Origin: the human T2T-CHM13v2.0 reference genome, Homo sapiens
Direction: 5' to 3' (one strand)
Assembly: GCF_009914755.1 (NCBI RefSeq)
Contig: NC_060934.1
Length of the DNA: 64,000 nt
Below the pieces are notes generated by a model. That model saw nothing but the letters and a program-made list of their open reading frames with translations, searched no databases and was not told the DNA's origin. Positions 61,929 to 64,000 of this stretch are shown here, piece by piece (position 1 is the stretch's first letter; each line of letters begins with the position of its first letter). The position numbers and the translations under genes are program-made.

Positions 61929-62403
61929 TTAAACATGTATTTTTAATTTTCAATCAAAGGATAGAAGCCTGACCACATTGTCTTGGCTTAGGGCTACATC
62001 ACTAAAAACTACACATACTTCTGAAAGCACTTGCTTGAGTGTCTTCAGAATGATGGAACTGGGAGTTCTTATTTGTATACCACCTCTTCTGAAAAGTGCT
62101 TTACTTTCTCTTTGCCCTTTAGCATTATTCAAATAACTGTGCCTCAAAGAAGTAAAACAGTTTCCACAAAGGCAGAATGTAAATAATAAATAAATAACCT
62201 CCCACAGCAGTCTTCGTGGTAGCCTGCCAGCTAGCACTTCAAATAGCATGTGTGAATTTCTAGTGATGCAGCCCGAGGGAAGGCAGATCACTAGTCAAAG
62301 CTACCAGGCTTTCATAAAAGATCAAAAATCAGACACTTTGATAATAGTAGCAAGCGATCCCATATCCAGTTCCCTCCCCAAACAATACCCATGCAAATGA
62401 CAG

Positions 62404-62768
62404 TGTATTAGTTCATTTTCACACTGCTGATAAAGACATACCTGAGACTGGGTAATTTACTTAAAAAAAAAGTTTAATGGACTCACAGTTCCACATGGCT
62501 GAGGAGGCCTCACAATCATGGTGGAAGGTGAAAGGCACGTCTTAAATGGCGGCAGGCAACGAGAGAATGAGAACCAAGTGAAAGGGGTTTCCCTTTATAA
62601 AACCATCAGATCTCCTGAGACTTACCCCAAGAATAGTATGGGGGAAACCACCCTCATGATTCAGTTATCTCCCATGGTGGGGTGGGGGGTCTCTCCCACA
62701 ACACATGGGAATTATGGGAGCTACAATTCAAGATGAGATTTGGGTGGGGACACAGCCAAACCATATCA
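62404..62768 (-). mobile_element. THE1 (MaLR) solo LTR
   Basis: tgtattag...gctgataaagacatacctgagactggg...gggacacagccaaaccatatca; perfect 5-bp TSD gacag. Confidence 0.92.
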
Positions 62769-64000
62769 GACAGAGAGACGAAATGGAAGACATAGCCTGC
62801 TCCTCTGACCTGGACCCTGTGCTCTGAGAGGACTTCCATCTGAGTCTGCCTTTGTGAGCTCATCATGTCCCCACTCTTTAATGTGTATCCATAAGCTCTG
62901 AGGTAGCTGAGTTTTGCCAGAGTTCTGTCACCCCATGGGAAACTGAAAACTTAAATGTATATGCCAGAGAGAGAACAGTATAGTCTCCCTACCCTTTTTA
63001 CTTAAGATGCAATGGAAAATAAGGAAAAAATATCTTGGTCCCCATTCTAGCGAAGTGTGAACAGAAGCAATGAAGAAAAGCCAGCCTGTAAATGTGTGGC
63101 CATTCCGACAGTTCTGGCCTCAGAGAGCCCCCAGCTCCTAGGGAGTGGTAAGAGAATAAAGTAATCAAGTCACTGTGTGACTTCATACTGTTGGTATGAT
63201 TGACTGTGTTACTCCCCATTATTCCCAACAGTATTTCTGACCCAAGCTTGACATCTCAGCATTCAAAATTGTTACTCCTGCCTTTTTAAAGGAGTTACAA
63301 GTTCTACAATAAAACCTTCACAAAGGTAGATAATCTACAAAATACATTTAGCACAGTGCCCGGGTCCATTCAACAGATGTCAGGTATGAAATCAGATTAA
63401 TTGAGGGGACAAAAATTACTTCTGAGGAGAGCTCCTTTAATTACCACAGGCTATTCGATTCTAATTAATGTATCAGCTGTTCTAAATACAAACAATTGCT
63501 GCCTGGAAAAATATTTGTTTTCTTCAGTAGGATAAAAATATTTCCAGGGGTTAAGAAAATCTCAGCCAAGAATGTAATTTAGGGAGCACTGGTCAGGAAC
63601 TAAGAGACTCGGATTCTAGGCTCCAATCTGCTGCTCACAGGGCGAGTGCAGCTGGAGAACGGAGGTTCTCTGCAGACATATCCTATAGCCCATCCCGGGG
63701 CTCTGTGCTTCCAGAGAGCTGGAAAGGGAACACATACCCAGCCTCCATTGTCCTAGTTGTGAAATGCACTGTAACTTGCAACGTCTTCTGTATCCTTCTC
63801 TATCTCGGAGCTGAATCAACTGACTTTAAGGCCAGCAGAATAACAGCAGCTCACCAACTACCTGCTTCCCAGCAGCACAGACACTCAAAAATGTACCTGT
63901 TCACTATATGGTCTAATAAAGTCACTTGTAACTTAACAATTCTAACAGAAGAGACATTCTCATTGTTTTAATCAGTGTAACTCATAATTGGCTTTATTTT

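Overview
Human genomic DNA (an AluYb8, a human-specific subfamily, is present) from inside GPR158, a class C GPCR transcribed on the + strand. Only two short internal coding exons are present: 31540-31649 (110 nt) and 53208-53446 (239 nt). They join in frame and encode the TM2-end/TM3/ICL2/TM4/ECL2 region (probably exons 6 and 7; numbering from memory). The rest is repeat-rich intron. The left end holds the 5'UTR and ORF1 of a young L1 (L1PA2-like) lying antisense to the gene, with a nonsense mutation in ORF1 but an intact ORF0, so its antisense promoter points into the downstream GPR158 exons. It inserted into an older L1 carrying a U6 snRNA fragment at its 5' end. Also present are many Alus, two FAMs, older L1/L2/MIR/MER5 pieces, MaLR LTRs and an ERV1 solo LTR. 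I see no direct evidence of a wholly new system. The best testable lead is an L1 antisense-promoter/ORF0 to GPR158 chimera, because ORF0 donor 2 is exactly in frame with the second exon. Other oddities are a stop-removing deletion upstream of ORF0, a tail-less L1 fragment in a purine tract, an old ~250-bp local duplication and an unidentified retrocopy-like segment. Repeat subfamily calls are by eye from remembered consensus sequences, and old-repeat boundaries are approximate.
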